64,000 bases of DNA from Cyanobacteria bacterium P01_D01_bin.156. Its GTDB lineage: Bacteria; Cyanobacteriota; Cyanobacteriia; Phormidesmidales; Phormidesmidaceae. Positions within the stretch are counted from its first letter, which is position 1. The number at the start of each line of letters is the position of its first letter. A program made the position numbers and the translations under genes. Below the pieces are notes generated by a model, which ran no database searches, was not told the DNA's origin, and was given only the letters and a program-made list of their open reading frames with translations. Below, piece after piece: positions 20,042 to 29,408 of the stretch. The stretch spans positions 72,736-136,735 of the forward strand of contig JBCCQQ010000008.1 of the NCBI GenBank assembly GCA_039024555.1, given 5' to 3'.

Positions 20042-23000
20042 GTATGACCAGCGATCGCACCATTGAAACATTTCTGGCCGATCTTGCTCGCCAGGACATT
20101 AAGCTATGGCTAGACGGAGAAAAGCTCAGGTGCAGTGGTCCAGAAGAACTGCTTACCGACAACTTTAATGCAGGTCTAAAGGCTCGTAAGGCAGAGATTA
20201 TTGATTTTTTGCAACAGGTACATGGGCAATCGGCCACACCTAAAATTACTCCCGCCGAGCGCAGTGGCTCTCTGCCACTTTCCTTTGCCCAGCAGCGTCT
20301 GTGGTTCCTAAATCAGATGCAGCCTGAGGCGGCAGTGTATAACCTGCCCATGGCCATTGAAGTAGAGGGCTTTCTGGATGTAGCTGCCTTTACCCAGAGC
20401 CTAAACGACATTGTGCGTCGTCATGAAGCATTACGCACTCGATTTATTACCGTTGATGGTCAGCCAACCCAGGTGGTGGAAGCACCGGTCCCCGTCACCA
20501 TAGAAGAAATAAATTTACAGAATAAGGCTGATGTAGAAGCCCAGGTAAGACAGGCGGCGATTGTTGCTGCTCAGAAGCCTTTTGACCTGAGCCAAGACCA
20601 GCTACTGCGGGTTACTCTACTACGCCTAAGTGAAGCAAAGTCGGTGGTGTTGTTCACCCTCCACCACATTATTGCCGATGGCTGGTCCATGGAGATTTTG
20701 ATCCAGGAACTAGGGGCAGGCTATCGAGCTGCGTTGATGGGGCAGATGGCATCTTTACCCAACTTGTCAGTACAGTACGCTGATTTTTCGGTGTGGCAGC
20801 GCCAGTGGCTTCAAGGAGAGAATCTAGAAAAACAGCTTAACTATTGGCGAAATCAGTTAGACATTCACCAGCCTGTGCTGCAACTGCCGACAGATTTTCC
20901 TCGGGCCAGGGTGCAAACCTATCGGGGTGCAGTGAAACAGTTTTCATTGTCACCAGAATTAAGTCAAAAACTCACTGCCCTTGCCCAGAGTCAATCAGCT
21001 ACAGTCTTTATGACTCTACTGGCGGCATTCAAGGTACTGCTTTATCGGTATACAGGCCAAACGGACCTGGTGGTGGGCACACCCATCGCCAATCGTCATC
21101 GCGCCGAGGTGGAAGGGCTGATTGGATTATTTATCAATGTGTTGGCGCTGCGATCGCAACTCTCTCCCCAAGCTGGTTTTCAAGATCTCCTAGCTCAGGT
21201 AAAAGCCATTACTCTCAATGCCTACGACCATCAAGATCTTCCCTTTGAGAAGTTGGTGGATGAGCTGCAGCTAGAGCGAGATTTAAGCTACAGCCCTCTA
21301 TTTCAGGTCAAGTTTCGTCTGGAAAATGCCCCCCAAGAGACTCTCAGCTTACCGGGGCTAACCTTTAAGCGACTGCCCCAGGCGGTGACCACCGCCAAGC
21401 TAGACCTCAGTGTCGATCTATATGAAACTCCCAACGGCATTGTCGGTGGCTTTGAATACAACTGCGATCTGTTTAAGTCGGAAACCATTCAGCGGATGGT
21501 GCACCATTTTCAAATAATTCTGGCCTCCATTGTGGCTGCTCCAGATCGACCCATTGCTGAGCTCCCCATGCTTACCGAAACTGAACTGCAGCAACAGCTG
21601 GTGGACTGGAACACTACGGAGAAACCCTATCGCCAGAATAGCTGTTTCCACTATCTCTTTGAAGAACAGGTAGAGAAAACGCCTGGTGCGATCGCACTTA
21701 TCTACGACGACGGAACCACTCCTCAACAGCTGTCTTACCAGGAACTCAACCAGCGCAGCAACCAGCTAGCCCACCGCCTAATCTCTCTAGGCGTCAGCCC
21801 AGAAAAGATTGTCGGCATCTGCGTAGATCGCTCCCCTGAGATGATTATTGCTATGCTGGCTGTGCTTAAGGCCGGTGGAGCCTACCTACCCTTAGATCCC
21901 ACCTATCCGCCAGAACGTCTGGACTACATGCTCTCCGACGCCCTGGTAGCGGTACTGCTTACCGAGAGCAAATTCTCTTTTGACCTAAGCGCTCAGCGGG
22001 TAAACCTGGATACCCAATGGCCCCAGCATCAGCCCAATACTAATCCTGAGCATATCGTTGGCCCCAACAATCTGGTCTACCTGATTTATACCTCCGGCTC
22101 CACCGGTAAACCTAAAGGTGTCCTGATTCCCCACAGTGGTTTAGTCAACCTAACAGAAGACAAAATTCGCATCTGTCAAGTACGCCCTGGTGACTGCATC
22201 CTACAATTCTTCTCCTTTAGCTTTGATGCCTCTATTCCAGAAATCATCATGGCATTGGCCACAGGTTCAAAGCTTTTGCTGGCTCCGGCCACTACCATGC
22301 TGCCTGGCCCCGACCTGAAAAATCTCATCCAGCGGCACAACGTCACCCACATCACGATTACTCCGTCTGCCTTGGTGAGTGTACCCTACGATGATTTTCC
22401 AGAGCTGCGCATGGTGCTAGTCGGTGGCGAAGCTCCCAGTCCAGAACTCATTGAAACCTGGAGCCAAAACCGGCTATTTATCAATGCCTACGGTCCCACT
22501 GAAACCACTGTAAATGCCAGTATGGTGCCCTGCGGCAATGGCCATCCGGTGGAACCAACACTGTTACCCAGCACTAACAAACAGCTGTATATCCTGGACA
22601 ATAATCTCCAGCTGTTACCCATCGGCGTACCCGGTGAGCTACACATCGCCGGAGTGGGATTGGCCCGTGGGTATTTGAATCGTCCCGATCTAACAGCAGA
22701 ACGGTTTATTGCAAACCCATTTGCCAGGAAGCAGGGGAGCAACCGGAAGTCGGAAGTCGGAAGTCGGAAGTCGGAAGTCCACCCATCACCCACCCTCTAT
22801 AAAACTGGTGACCTTGCCACATACCTCCCCGATGGTCGCATTAAGATTCTGGGTCGCATCGACAATCAGACTAAGATTCGTGGCTTCCGCATAGAGCTGG
22901 GAGAAGTTGAGCGCATTCTACAGTCTCACCCAGATATCAAAACCAGCATTGTTGTGGTTAGAGAGGATAATGGCAACAAGCGACTGGTGGCCTACGGTGT

Positions 23001-23472
23001 GCCGATGGTGGCTAACGGCGCAACACCAACAGAAATTCGACAGTTTGTGGCAGAAACACTGCCTCAGTATATGGTGCCGTCAGTGTTTATATGGTTGCCT
23101 GCTCTACCGTTAACGCCCAACGGTAAGGTAGATACCAAGTCGCTGCCTGCACCCACTGTTGTCTCTAATCAGGAACAGGTAGCTCCTCGCAATGCCACAG
23201 AACAGACTTTGGCTGAGATTTTTGCCCAGGTGCTCTCTTTAAAGTCTGTAAGCATCTACGATGATTTCTTTGATTTAGGTGGTCATTCCTTACTGGCCAC
23301 ACAGCTTGTGGCTCAACTTCTCAATCAGTTCTCAGTGGAAATCACGGTGATTGATTTATTTGAGGCTACCACCGTAGCAGGGTTAGCCCAGCGGGTAGAG
23401 CAAAAACGACGCTTAGCTCAGATGCAGCTACCGGTAGACAGCGATGAAGAACGGGAGGAGATTGCATTATGA
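20038..23472 (+). CDS. Terminal NRPS: beta-hairpin docking (TubC_N-like)-C-A(Tyr-like aromatic)-T, no TE
   Basis: N-terminal FLADLARQDIKLWLDGEKLRC docking domain; HHIIADGWS; A code read as DAPTLGAVNK; GGHSL; ends in EEREEIAL with no TE or R domain. Confidence 0.88.
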   Translation: MSMTSDRTIETFLADLARQDIKLWLDGEKLRCSGPEELLTDNFNAGLKARKAEIIDFLQQVHGQSATPKITPAERSGSLPLSFAQQRLWFLNQMQPEAAVYNLPMAIEVEGFLDVAAFTQSLNDIVRRHEALRTRFITVDGQPTQVVEAPVPVTIEEINLQNKADVEAQVRQAAIVAAQKPFDLSQDQLLRVTLLRLSEAKSVVLFTLHHIIADGWSMEILIQELGAGYRAALMGQMASLPNLSVQYADFSVWQRQWLQGENLEKQLNYWRNQLDIHQPVLQLPTDFPRARVQTYRGAVKQFSLSPELSQKLTALAQSQSATVFMTLLAAFKVLLYRYTGQTDLVVGTPIANRHRAEVEGLIGLFINVLALRSQLSPQAGFQDLLAQVKAITLNAYDHQDLPFEKLVDELQLERDLSYSPLFQVKFRLENAPQETLSLPGLTFKRLPQAVTTAKLDLSVDLYETPNGIVGGFEYNCDLFKSETIQRMVHHFQIILASIVAAPDRPIAELPMLTETELQQQLVDWNTTEKPYRQNSCFHYLFEEQVEKTPGAIALIYDDGTTPQQLSYQELNQRSNQLAHRLISLGVSPEKIVGICVDRSPEMIIAMLAVLKAGGAYLPLDPTYPPERLDYMLSDALVAVLLTESKFSFDLSAQRVNLDTQWPQHQPNTNPEHIVGPNNLVYLIYTSGSTGKPKGVLIPHSGLVNLTEDKIRICQVRPGDCILQFFSFSFDASIPEIIMALATGSKLLLAPATTMLPGPDLKNLIQRHNVTHITITPSALVSVPYDDFPELRMVLVGGEAPSPELIETWSQNRLFINAYGPTETTVNASMVPCGNGHPVEPTLLPSTNKQLYILDNNLQLLPIGVPGELHIAGVGLARGYLNRPDLTAERFIANPFARKQGSNRKSEVGSRKSEVHPSPTLYKTGDLATYLPDGRIKILGRIDNQTKIRGFRIELGEVERILQSHPDIKTSIVVVREDNGNKRLVAYGVPMVANGATPTEIRQFVAETLPQYMVPSVFIWLPALPLTPNGKVDTKSLPAPTVVSNQEQVAPRNATEQTLAEIFAQVLSLKSVSIYDDFFDLGGHSLLATQLVAQLLNQFSVEITVIDLFEATTVAGLAQRVEQKRRLAQMQLPVDSDEEREEIAL
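22743..22777 (-). repeat. Intragenic heptamer (TCGGAAG)x5, the inverted form of CTTCCGA
   Basis: Encodes RKSEVGSRKSEV before YKTGD of the last A domain. Confidence 0.95.
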
Positions 23473-26400
23473 TCTCCCTCAAAGACTTCATCGGCTATCT
23501 TAAACCCCAGGTGGTAGCAGAACCGCTGATTCGTCAATGGTATGCCTGGAGCTATCTGATTCCACCAGCCACAGCGGCTCGGTATCTAACAGAGTCGCAG
23601 CTGAAAATTATGGAATCCTTTGTGGCTGCGCCAGAGGTTCATGCTTCTACGCTGAGAGATCCTGCTATGCAGGGAGGGCCTTTTATTAACCATGGACCTG
23701 GCCGAGTGGGTGAGGTCAAGACACTCTTAGAAAAGAGTAAAGCAGAGCAGGCAAAACTATTGGGTTTGAGCGATGCGATCGCAACCCTCACTCACCAGCT
23801 GAACCAACATCCTCCAGGCAAATCCCTAGAATCTCTTTATGCCCAGATACCGGAACCCCTCCAAGGCTACGTAGAGCTAGTTTATGATGCCGAAAACAAT
23901 CCATCTATTCGCTTTATTGAGGGTCTGTTGTACCGCAGCGAATATTACAACTCAGCGGACCAAAGTATTGCCTTACGCGTATACGCTAACAGCGACCAAC
24001 GTGCTTTTGTAATGAGCACTCCGCGTCTACCCGATAACGACAGTCTGTTTCTCCCCATCCCTTTTGTAGATTCCCGGTTAGATCAGCTTTTCCAAATGCG
24101 GCACACCCCTAATTCAGTGGAAGCCATGGCTGATTTATTGGAGATTACAGGCTCGAATCGTCCATTCTTTTACAATCTCTTTACCCCTGAAGCACCTAGA
24201 AAAAATCCGTCCTATCAAGATGACGGCGTTAGAATTCGCTACCTAGGACATGCCTGCGTGCTGATCGAAACCGCAGAAATCTCTATTCTCTGCGACCCGC
24301 TAGTGAGCTACGAACATCCTGCGGGAATGGAGCGCTACAGCTATAAGGACCTGCCAGAAACCATTGACTATGCCCTGATTACCCACAACCATCAGGACCA
24401 CGTCATGCTAGAAACATTGCTACAGCTGCGCCACAAAATCAAGCATATTGTTATCCCCAGCAGTCAAAAGGGCTCTCTCCTCGATCCATCCCTCAAGCTT
24501 GCCCTTCAACAAATCGGCTTTTCTCAAGTACGAACTTTAGACGAGCTAGAAAGCATCCCCCTTCCCGATGGTGAAATCATCAGCATTCCTGTTCTGGGGG
24601 AACACGGCGATCTCAATATCTCTACCAAAAACGCCTACTGGATTAACCTCAAGGGTCATTCCATACTGTGTGCCGCTGACTCTAACAATCTTGATCCTAG
24701 ACTCTACAGCCATATCAATCATTTACTGGGTGATCTCGATATTCTCTTTATCGGCATGGAATGCGACGGTGCCCCCTTCACCTGGGCCTACGGGCCGCTA
24801 CTGCCTCAGCCTACTCCCCACAAACAAGCCCAAACCCGTCGCCTTGATGGCTCCAATGCAGAACGAGCTCTTACCCTGGTTAACCAGCTCAACCCGCAAC
24901 AAGTTTACGTCTACGCTATGGGTCAAGAACCCTGGCTTACCTACATTACTTCTATCAATTACACCCCAGATTCCACTCCCATTATTGAATCCAATCAGCT
25001 AGTCAAACACTGTCAACAACAGAATCGCACTAGCGAACGTATGTTGGGACGAAAAGAAATCAAGCTACCCCCGAGCCAGACTAAACAAACGAAAAAGAAC
25101 AACCCCATTCCTGTCCTTTCCGAATTTCGAACTCCGAATTCCGAATTCCAAAGCCCACCGCTCCACCCCTCCACCGCGTCCCTACCCTCGTCATCCTCTG
25201 TCAAATCAATGACTGCTGACACCCTCACCCCCTTCCTCGCCCAACTTCAAAGCCTCGATATTCGCCTCTGGATGGACGGTGATACACTGCGCTGCAACGC
25301 ACCCAAGGGTGCCTTAACCCCAGAATTAACAATTAAACTAAAAGAACACAAACCAGAAATCATTGCCCTACTTAAAAACACCACGGCGCAAACTTCACCC
25401 TCGACACCAGCCAATCCTCAAGCAACATCTTCTGTTCAAGTGCCTGACTGGCGACAGGATCTCATTCTCCCAGCAGATATTATCCCGACTCCTCCGCTCC
25501 ACCACTCCACTACTCCCAAAAATATCTTCCTAACCGGAGCTACAGGATTCCTAGGGGCCTTTCTACTATATGAACTCCTACAACAAACTGATGCGACCAT
25601 CTATTGCCTGGTACGAGAATCTAAATCAGGCCTAGATACACTGGAACAGTGTCTGTCCAGCTATAGAATCTGGCAGCATAGTTTTGCCTCTCGTCTCATA
25701 CCAGTTTCGGGAGATTTAAGTGAGTCGTTTCTAGGATTATCTGAGACCTATTTTGAGGCTCTAACCGAACAAATTGATAGCGTTTATCACAATGGTGCTC
25801 AGGTTCACCATATTTCTCCCTACGCCCAGCTTAAAGCAGCTAATGTAAACGGCACCCGAGAAATTATTAAGCTAGCCTGCCAAGGGCGGCCTAAGTCCTT
25901 GCACTACACGTCCACGCTTAGTGTTCTACCGCCAACGCCGCTGCCGGGACAGGTCAAGCTCTATGAGCAGAGCAACTTGGGAGATTATCCTGTGCCAACT
26001 GGAGGCTACAACCGGACTAAGTGGGTAGCAGAACAGCTAGTGGCACAGGTTCGCGATCGCAACCTCCCTGTTACCATCTATCGCCCTGGTCCTATCTCTG
26101 GCCATAGTCAAACCGGCGTTTTTAATCGCAACGATTTTCTCTATCGGCTGATGCAGGGCTATGTGCAATCTGGCATGGCCCCGGAAGGAGAGATGCCTCT
26201 GGATATGCTGCCAGTGGACTACGTGAGTAAAGCCATGGTCTATTTATCCCTGCAACCCGAGTCCGTGGGTAAAGCCTTCCATCTAATTCACCCAGAATCG
26301 GCATCCTCAAATCTGTTATTTGAAGCATGTCAAAGGGCTGGCTATCCCATCCAGCGGGTGCCCTATGAGCAATGGTTTAAGAAACTAATGCTCATTGCCC

Positions 26401-26633
26401 AGGGAGATGAACAGCATGCATTGTATCCTCTAGTTTCCCTATTCTCATCACGGACTGGTGAGAGCAACGCGGCCAATCAGGCCCTGGAAGTTCCGTTTGA
26501 TACGGAGCAAACCTATACCGGATTGAAAAATGCTCCCTTTGATTTACCACGATTAAATCAATCGTTATTTGATACCTATCTGAAGGCCATGGTTGCAACC
26601 GGTACGTTATCGCCGCCCCCGGTGTTGACATAA
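23469..26633 (+). CDS. Fusion of CmlA-like MBL-fold diiron beta-hydroxylase, beta-hairpin docking domain and NAD(P)H-dependent thioester reductase
   Basis: N-terminal YLKPQVVAEPLIRQWYAW as in CmlA-type enzymes; THNHQDH (HxHxDH), GEHGDL, ADSNN; docking FLAQLQSLDIRLWMDGDTLRC; R-domain IFLTGATGFLG, HNGA, GYNRTKWVAE. Confidence 0.85.
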   Translation: MISLKDFIGYLKPQVVAEPLIRQWYAWSYLIPPATAARYLTESQLKIMESFVAAPEVHASTLRDPAMQGGPFINHGPGRVGEVKTLLEKSKAEQAKLLGLSDAIATLTHQLNQHPPGKSLESLYAQIPEPLQGYVELVYDAENNPSIRFIEGLLYRSEYYNSADQSIALRVYANSDQRAFVMSTPRLPDNDSLFLPIPFVDSRLDQLFQMRHTPNSVEAMADLLEITGSNRPFFYNLFTPEAPRKNPSYQDDGVRIRYLGHACVLIETAEISILCDPLVSYEHPAGMERYSYKDLPETIDYALITHNHQDHVMLETLLQLRHKIKHIVIPSSQKGSLLDPSLKLALQQIGFSQVRTLDELESIPLPDGEIISIPVLGEHGDLNISTKNAYWINLKGHSILCAADSNNLDPRLYSHINHLLGDLDILFIGMECDGAPFTWAYGPLLPQPTPHKQAQTRRLDGSNAERALTLVNQLNPQQVYVYAMGQEPWLTYITSINYTPDSTPIIESNQLVKHCQQQNRTSERMLGRKEIKLPPSQTKQTKKNNPIPVLSEFRTPNSEFQSPPLHPSTASLPSSSSVKSMTADTLTPFLAQLQSLDIRLWMDGDTLRCNAPKGALTPELTIKLKEHKPEIIALLKNTTAQTSPSTPANPQATSSVQVPDWRQDLILPADIIPTPPLHHSTTPKNIFLTGATGFLGAFLLYELLQQTDATIYCLVRESKSGLDTLEQCLSSYRIWQHSFASRLIPVSGDLSESFLGLSETYFEALTEQIDSVYHNGAQVHHISPYAQLKAANVNGTREIIKLACQGRPKSLHYTSTLSVLPPTPLPGQVKLYEQSNLGDYPVPTGGYNRTKWVAEQLVAQVRDRNLPVTIYRPGPISGHSQTGVFNRNDFLYRLMQGYVQSGMAPEGEMPLDMLPVDYVSKAMVYLSLQPESVGKAFHLIHPESASSNLLFEACQRAGYPIQRVPYEQWFKKLMLIAQGDEQHALYPLVSLFSSRTGESNAANQALEVPFDTEQTYTGLKNAPFDLPRLNQSLFDTYLKAMVATGTLSPPPVLT
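25118..25152 (+). repeat. Degenerate heptamer (TTCCGAA)x5 in the hydroxylase-reductase linker
   Basis: TTCCGAA TTTCGAA CTCCGAA TTCCGAA TTCCAAA. Confidence 0.85.
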
Positions 26634-26704
26634 TTTTTGGTTTCGTGCCCACCCTACAGTTTCCTCCTTGCCCCCTTCTCCCCTGCCCCCTTTCTCCTCC
26701 TACC

Positions 26705-27625
26705 ATGACCGAACGTTATACCGACTACAACAATTGGGCCTGGCTCTACAACAAGACCGTGGGACCAGACTATAGCAAGCCTCAACTGGCATTGCTTGAG
26801 AGGGTGTTGTTACCCCACATACCAAAGCAAGGAAAGATTTTAGATTTGTGCTGTGGTACGGGGCAATTGATTCAGCCACTAATTGAGGCTGGATATGATG
26901 TGGTGGGACTGGATGGCTCTGAGGAAATGTTGGCCTATGCCCGGCAGAATGCGCCCCAGGCTGATTTTCTCCTAGAGGATGCCCGCACCTTTGATTTGGA
27001 AGCCAGTATTGACGGTGTATTTTCCACCAGCGCTTCTCTCAATCATTTGATGAGTTTGCCAGAGCTGACCCAGGTATTTGAGCGAGTGTATCGGGCTCTG
27101 AAACCAGACGGCATATTTGTGTTTGACCTCAACCATCCAGAGCAGCTAGAACGCTGGTGGCAAGGGCAACCCACTGAAGGTGAAATTAGTCGCTACTTTG
27201 CTTGGATGATTACTCCTCGCTACGATTCCAACTCTGCTGAAGGAGCATTTGAAGTCACTATTTATCAGTCTTCCGTAAAATCCTCTGGCCTGATTAGACA
27301 GCTGTTGTTTCCCATTAAAAGGATGCTGTATACGCTATTAAGCCGCCCCCGCTTTATCGGTCTACGTCTGCGGGTTCTACAAAATTTTGCTGGCTTTGAA
27401 CCCCACTGGGAACAGAAAAAACTTAGCTATCCCGTCAAGGGCCACGAGATTAATGCTGTTATTACAGCACTTCAGCAGGTGGGATTTAAGGACATCTCGC
27501 TACAAACTATTGATGGTTCTTCAAAAATTGACGATCGCCATTCCGCCCATTTTATTTGCCAGAAATCGTCCTCTACTTGTTTAAATACAACGGCTGAAAC
27601 AGTCTCGGTTATGGATTCACCATAG
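26705..27625 (+). CDS. Class I SAM-dependent methyltransferase (cluster tailoring enzyme)
   Basis: ILDLCCGTG, GLDGSEEML, LKPDGIFVFD. Start moved to ATG 26705 because the upstream in-frame stretch is C/T-rich repeat DNA. Confidence 0.85.
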   Translation: MTERYTDYNNWAWLYNKTVGPDYSKPQLALLERVLLPHIPKQGKILDLCCGTGQLIQPLIEAGYDVVGLDGSEEMLAYARQNAPQADFLLEDARTFDLEASIDGVFSTSASLNHLMSLPELTQVFERVYRALKPDGIFVFDLNHPEQLERWWQGQPTEGEISRYFAWMITPRYDSNSAEGAFEVTIYQSSVKSSGLIRQLLFPIKRMLYTLLSRPRFIGLRLRVLQNFAGFEPHWEQKKLSYPVKGHEINAVITALQQVGFKDISLQTIDGSSKIDDRHSAHFICQKSSSTCLNTTAETVSVMDSP

Positions 27626-27695
27626 ATACTCAAGACGAGGGCAGGCAAAAGACCAGCCCCTTTTTCCATACCTGTTCTTCTGTTTACCCAAAACC

Positions 27696-29144
27696 ATGAC
27701 CACCACAATTTCCACACAACAACACCTCCAAGGAATCATAGAGCGTTACACTCAGCGTACTGTGAAATCAAAACAACAGGCTGCGGCCAACCGCTCTGTC
27801 GTGGCGGATAAAAGTTCCATTGGGTTTAATTTCTCCCTGGAAACGAAGGAGATGTGCTATCCAGTGGTGGCAGCAAGAGCTGAAGGTTCTCGACTTTGGG
27901 ATATTGATGGCAATGAATATATCGATATCCTGATGGGGCTGGGCACCTATCTATTTGGCCACAATCCTCCTTTTATTCGAGAAGCACTAGAAACCCAGTT
28001 AAAAAAAGGAATTCCCATCGGACCCCAAGCAGAGTTAGTGGGAAACGTTGCCCAACTAGTGAGTGCTCTCACGGGAATGGAGCGGGTCACATTTAGCAAC
28101 ACCGGCACTGAAGCGGTGATGACAGCTGTGCGCATTGCTCGTACGGCTACCAAGCGCAAAAAAATTGCGGTATTTACCAACTCTTACCACGGTCATTTTG
28201 ATGCGGCCCTGTTGCGAGCTCCCCTGAGCGAATATGCTCGCAAAAAGGCAGTAAGAGTAACCGGCTCTAAACCCTGGCTAGCGCCAGTTAACTGGCTACT
28301 CAAACAAAAAATTAACAGCCGTGCAGTACCGGCGGCTCTGGGTATTCCTCCAGCGGTAGCGCAGGATGTCATGGTTTTAGAATACGGCAATCCTCAGTCA
28401 TTAGCTGCCATTAAAGCCAACCGCAACAAGCTAGCAGCGGTTTTAGTAGAGCCTGTGCAAAGCCGCTGCCCGGAGCTACAGCCTAGAGATTTTTTACAGG
28501 AACTGAGATCGCTAACCAGCCAAATTGGTACAGCTCTAATTTTTGACGAAATGGTTACCGGCTTTCGGGTGCAACCTGGCGGTGCCCAAGCCCACTTTGG
28601 GATTCAGGCCGATCTCGCCACCTACAGCAAAATTGCAGGCGGTGGTTTACCCCTATCCATCATCGCCGGTAAATCTCGATTTATGGACCACATTGATGGT
28701 GGCCAATGGTGCTACGGTGACGACTCCCAGCCCCAGGTAAACACCACTTTCTTTGCTGGTACTTTCTGCAAACATCCTTTGGCTCTGGCCACGGCCCATG
28801 CTACCCTCAGCCGACTAAAGGCAGAGGGGACTGGGTTACAAACAGATTTGAACAAGAAAACAATTGATCTGGTAAATCGGCTTAACAGCTTTACCTCAGA
28901 GGCGCATTTGCCCGTGAGGTTTACCCAGTTTGGCTCCTTCTTTGCGATCGCACTCACCCAAAGCAAAATCTCCCCTCTGGCCACCAATCTACTGTCCTAC
29001 CATCTGCTCAACCGCGGCATCCACCTACGGGGCGGCGACAAAGGCGGTTTTCTCTCCACCGCCCATACCACAGACGACATCCACAAAATCTATACCGCCT
29101 TTTGCGAAGGTCTTACCGCCCTCCAACAAGCGAATTATATCTAG
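27696..29144 (+). CDS. PLP-dependent class III aminotransferase (GSA-aminomutase-like, as in PKS/NRPS AMT domains)
   Basis: WDIDGNEYID, NTGTEAVM, YHGH, LIFDEMVTGFR, YSKIAGGGLP (PLP lysine), FAGTF. Confidence 0.9.
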   Translation: MTTTISTQQHLQGIIERYTQRTVKSKQQAAANRSVVADKSSIGFNFSLETKEMCYPVVAARAEGSRLWDIDGNEYIDILMGLGTYLFGHNPPFIREALETQLKKGIPIGPQAELVGNVAQLVSALTGMERVTFSNTGTEAVMTAVRIARTATKRKKIAVFTNSYHGHFDAALLRAPLSEYARKKAVRVTGSKPWLAPVNWLLKQKINSRAVPAALGIPPAVAQDVMVLEYGNPQSLAAIKANRNKLAAVLVEPVQSRCPELQPRDFLQELRSLTSQIGTALIFDEMVTGFRVQPGGAQAHFGIQADLATYSKIAGGGLPLSIIAGKSRFMDHIDGGQWCYGDDSQPQVNTTFFAGTFCKHPLALATAHATLSRLKAEGTGLQTDLNKKTIDLVNRLNSFTSEAHLPVRFTQFGSFFAIALTQSKISPLATNLLSYHLLNRGIHLRGGDKGGFLSTAHTTDDIHKIYTAFCEGLTALQQANYI

Positions 29145-29189
29145 TCTCTTCGCCCTGCCCCCCCTTTCCCCTTATCCCTTCTAAGAACC

Positions 29190-29408
29190 ATGACCCAATC
29201 CACCGAAATCACCTATCGCGTAGTTATCAGCGACGAAGAACGTTACTCTATCTGGCCTGAATATAAAGAAATCCCTTGGGGTTGGAGGGCTGAAGGAAAA
29301 CTGGGTACTAAACAAGAATGTCTTGATTATATTGGCGAAGTTTGGACCGACATGCGCCCCCTCAGTTTGAGAAAAGCCATGGCGAAAAACCAGCAAGATA
29401 ATGATTAG
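29190..29408 (+). CDS. mbtH: MbtH-like protein
   Basis: [28 protein letters not shown]. Confidence 0.95.
   Translation: MTQSTEITYRVVISDEERYSIWPEYKEIPWGWRAEGKLGTKQECLDYIGEVWTDMRPLSLRKAMAKNQQDND

Noticed and set aside
23469..25060. Metallo-beta-lactamase resistance gene
   Set aside because: The long CmlA-type N-terminal domain, GEHGDL motif, reductase fusion and NRPS coupling fit a diiron beta-hydroxylase better.
4194..25152. Heptamer arrays as CRISPR or as separate antisense genes (ORFs 4031-4345, 4150-4356, 11523-11729, 22488-22793)
   Set aside because: No spacers and no cas genes; the antisense ORFs are shadows of the NRPS frame and of stop-free repeats.
26645..26704. N-terminal extension MPTLQFPPCPLLPCPLSPPT of the methyltransferase
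   Set aside because: Translation of C/T-rich intergenic repeat DNA; ATG 26705 is more plausible.
27696..29144. hemL (glutamate-1-semialdehyde aminomutase)
   Set aside because: Same fold, but the N-terminus and FFAGTF motif resemble PKS/NRPS aminotransferase domains and the gene is inside the operon.
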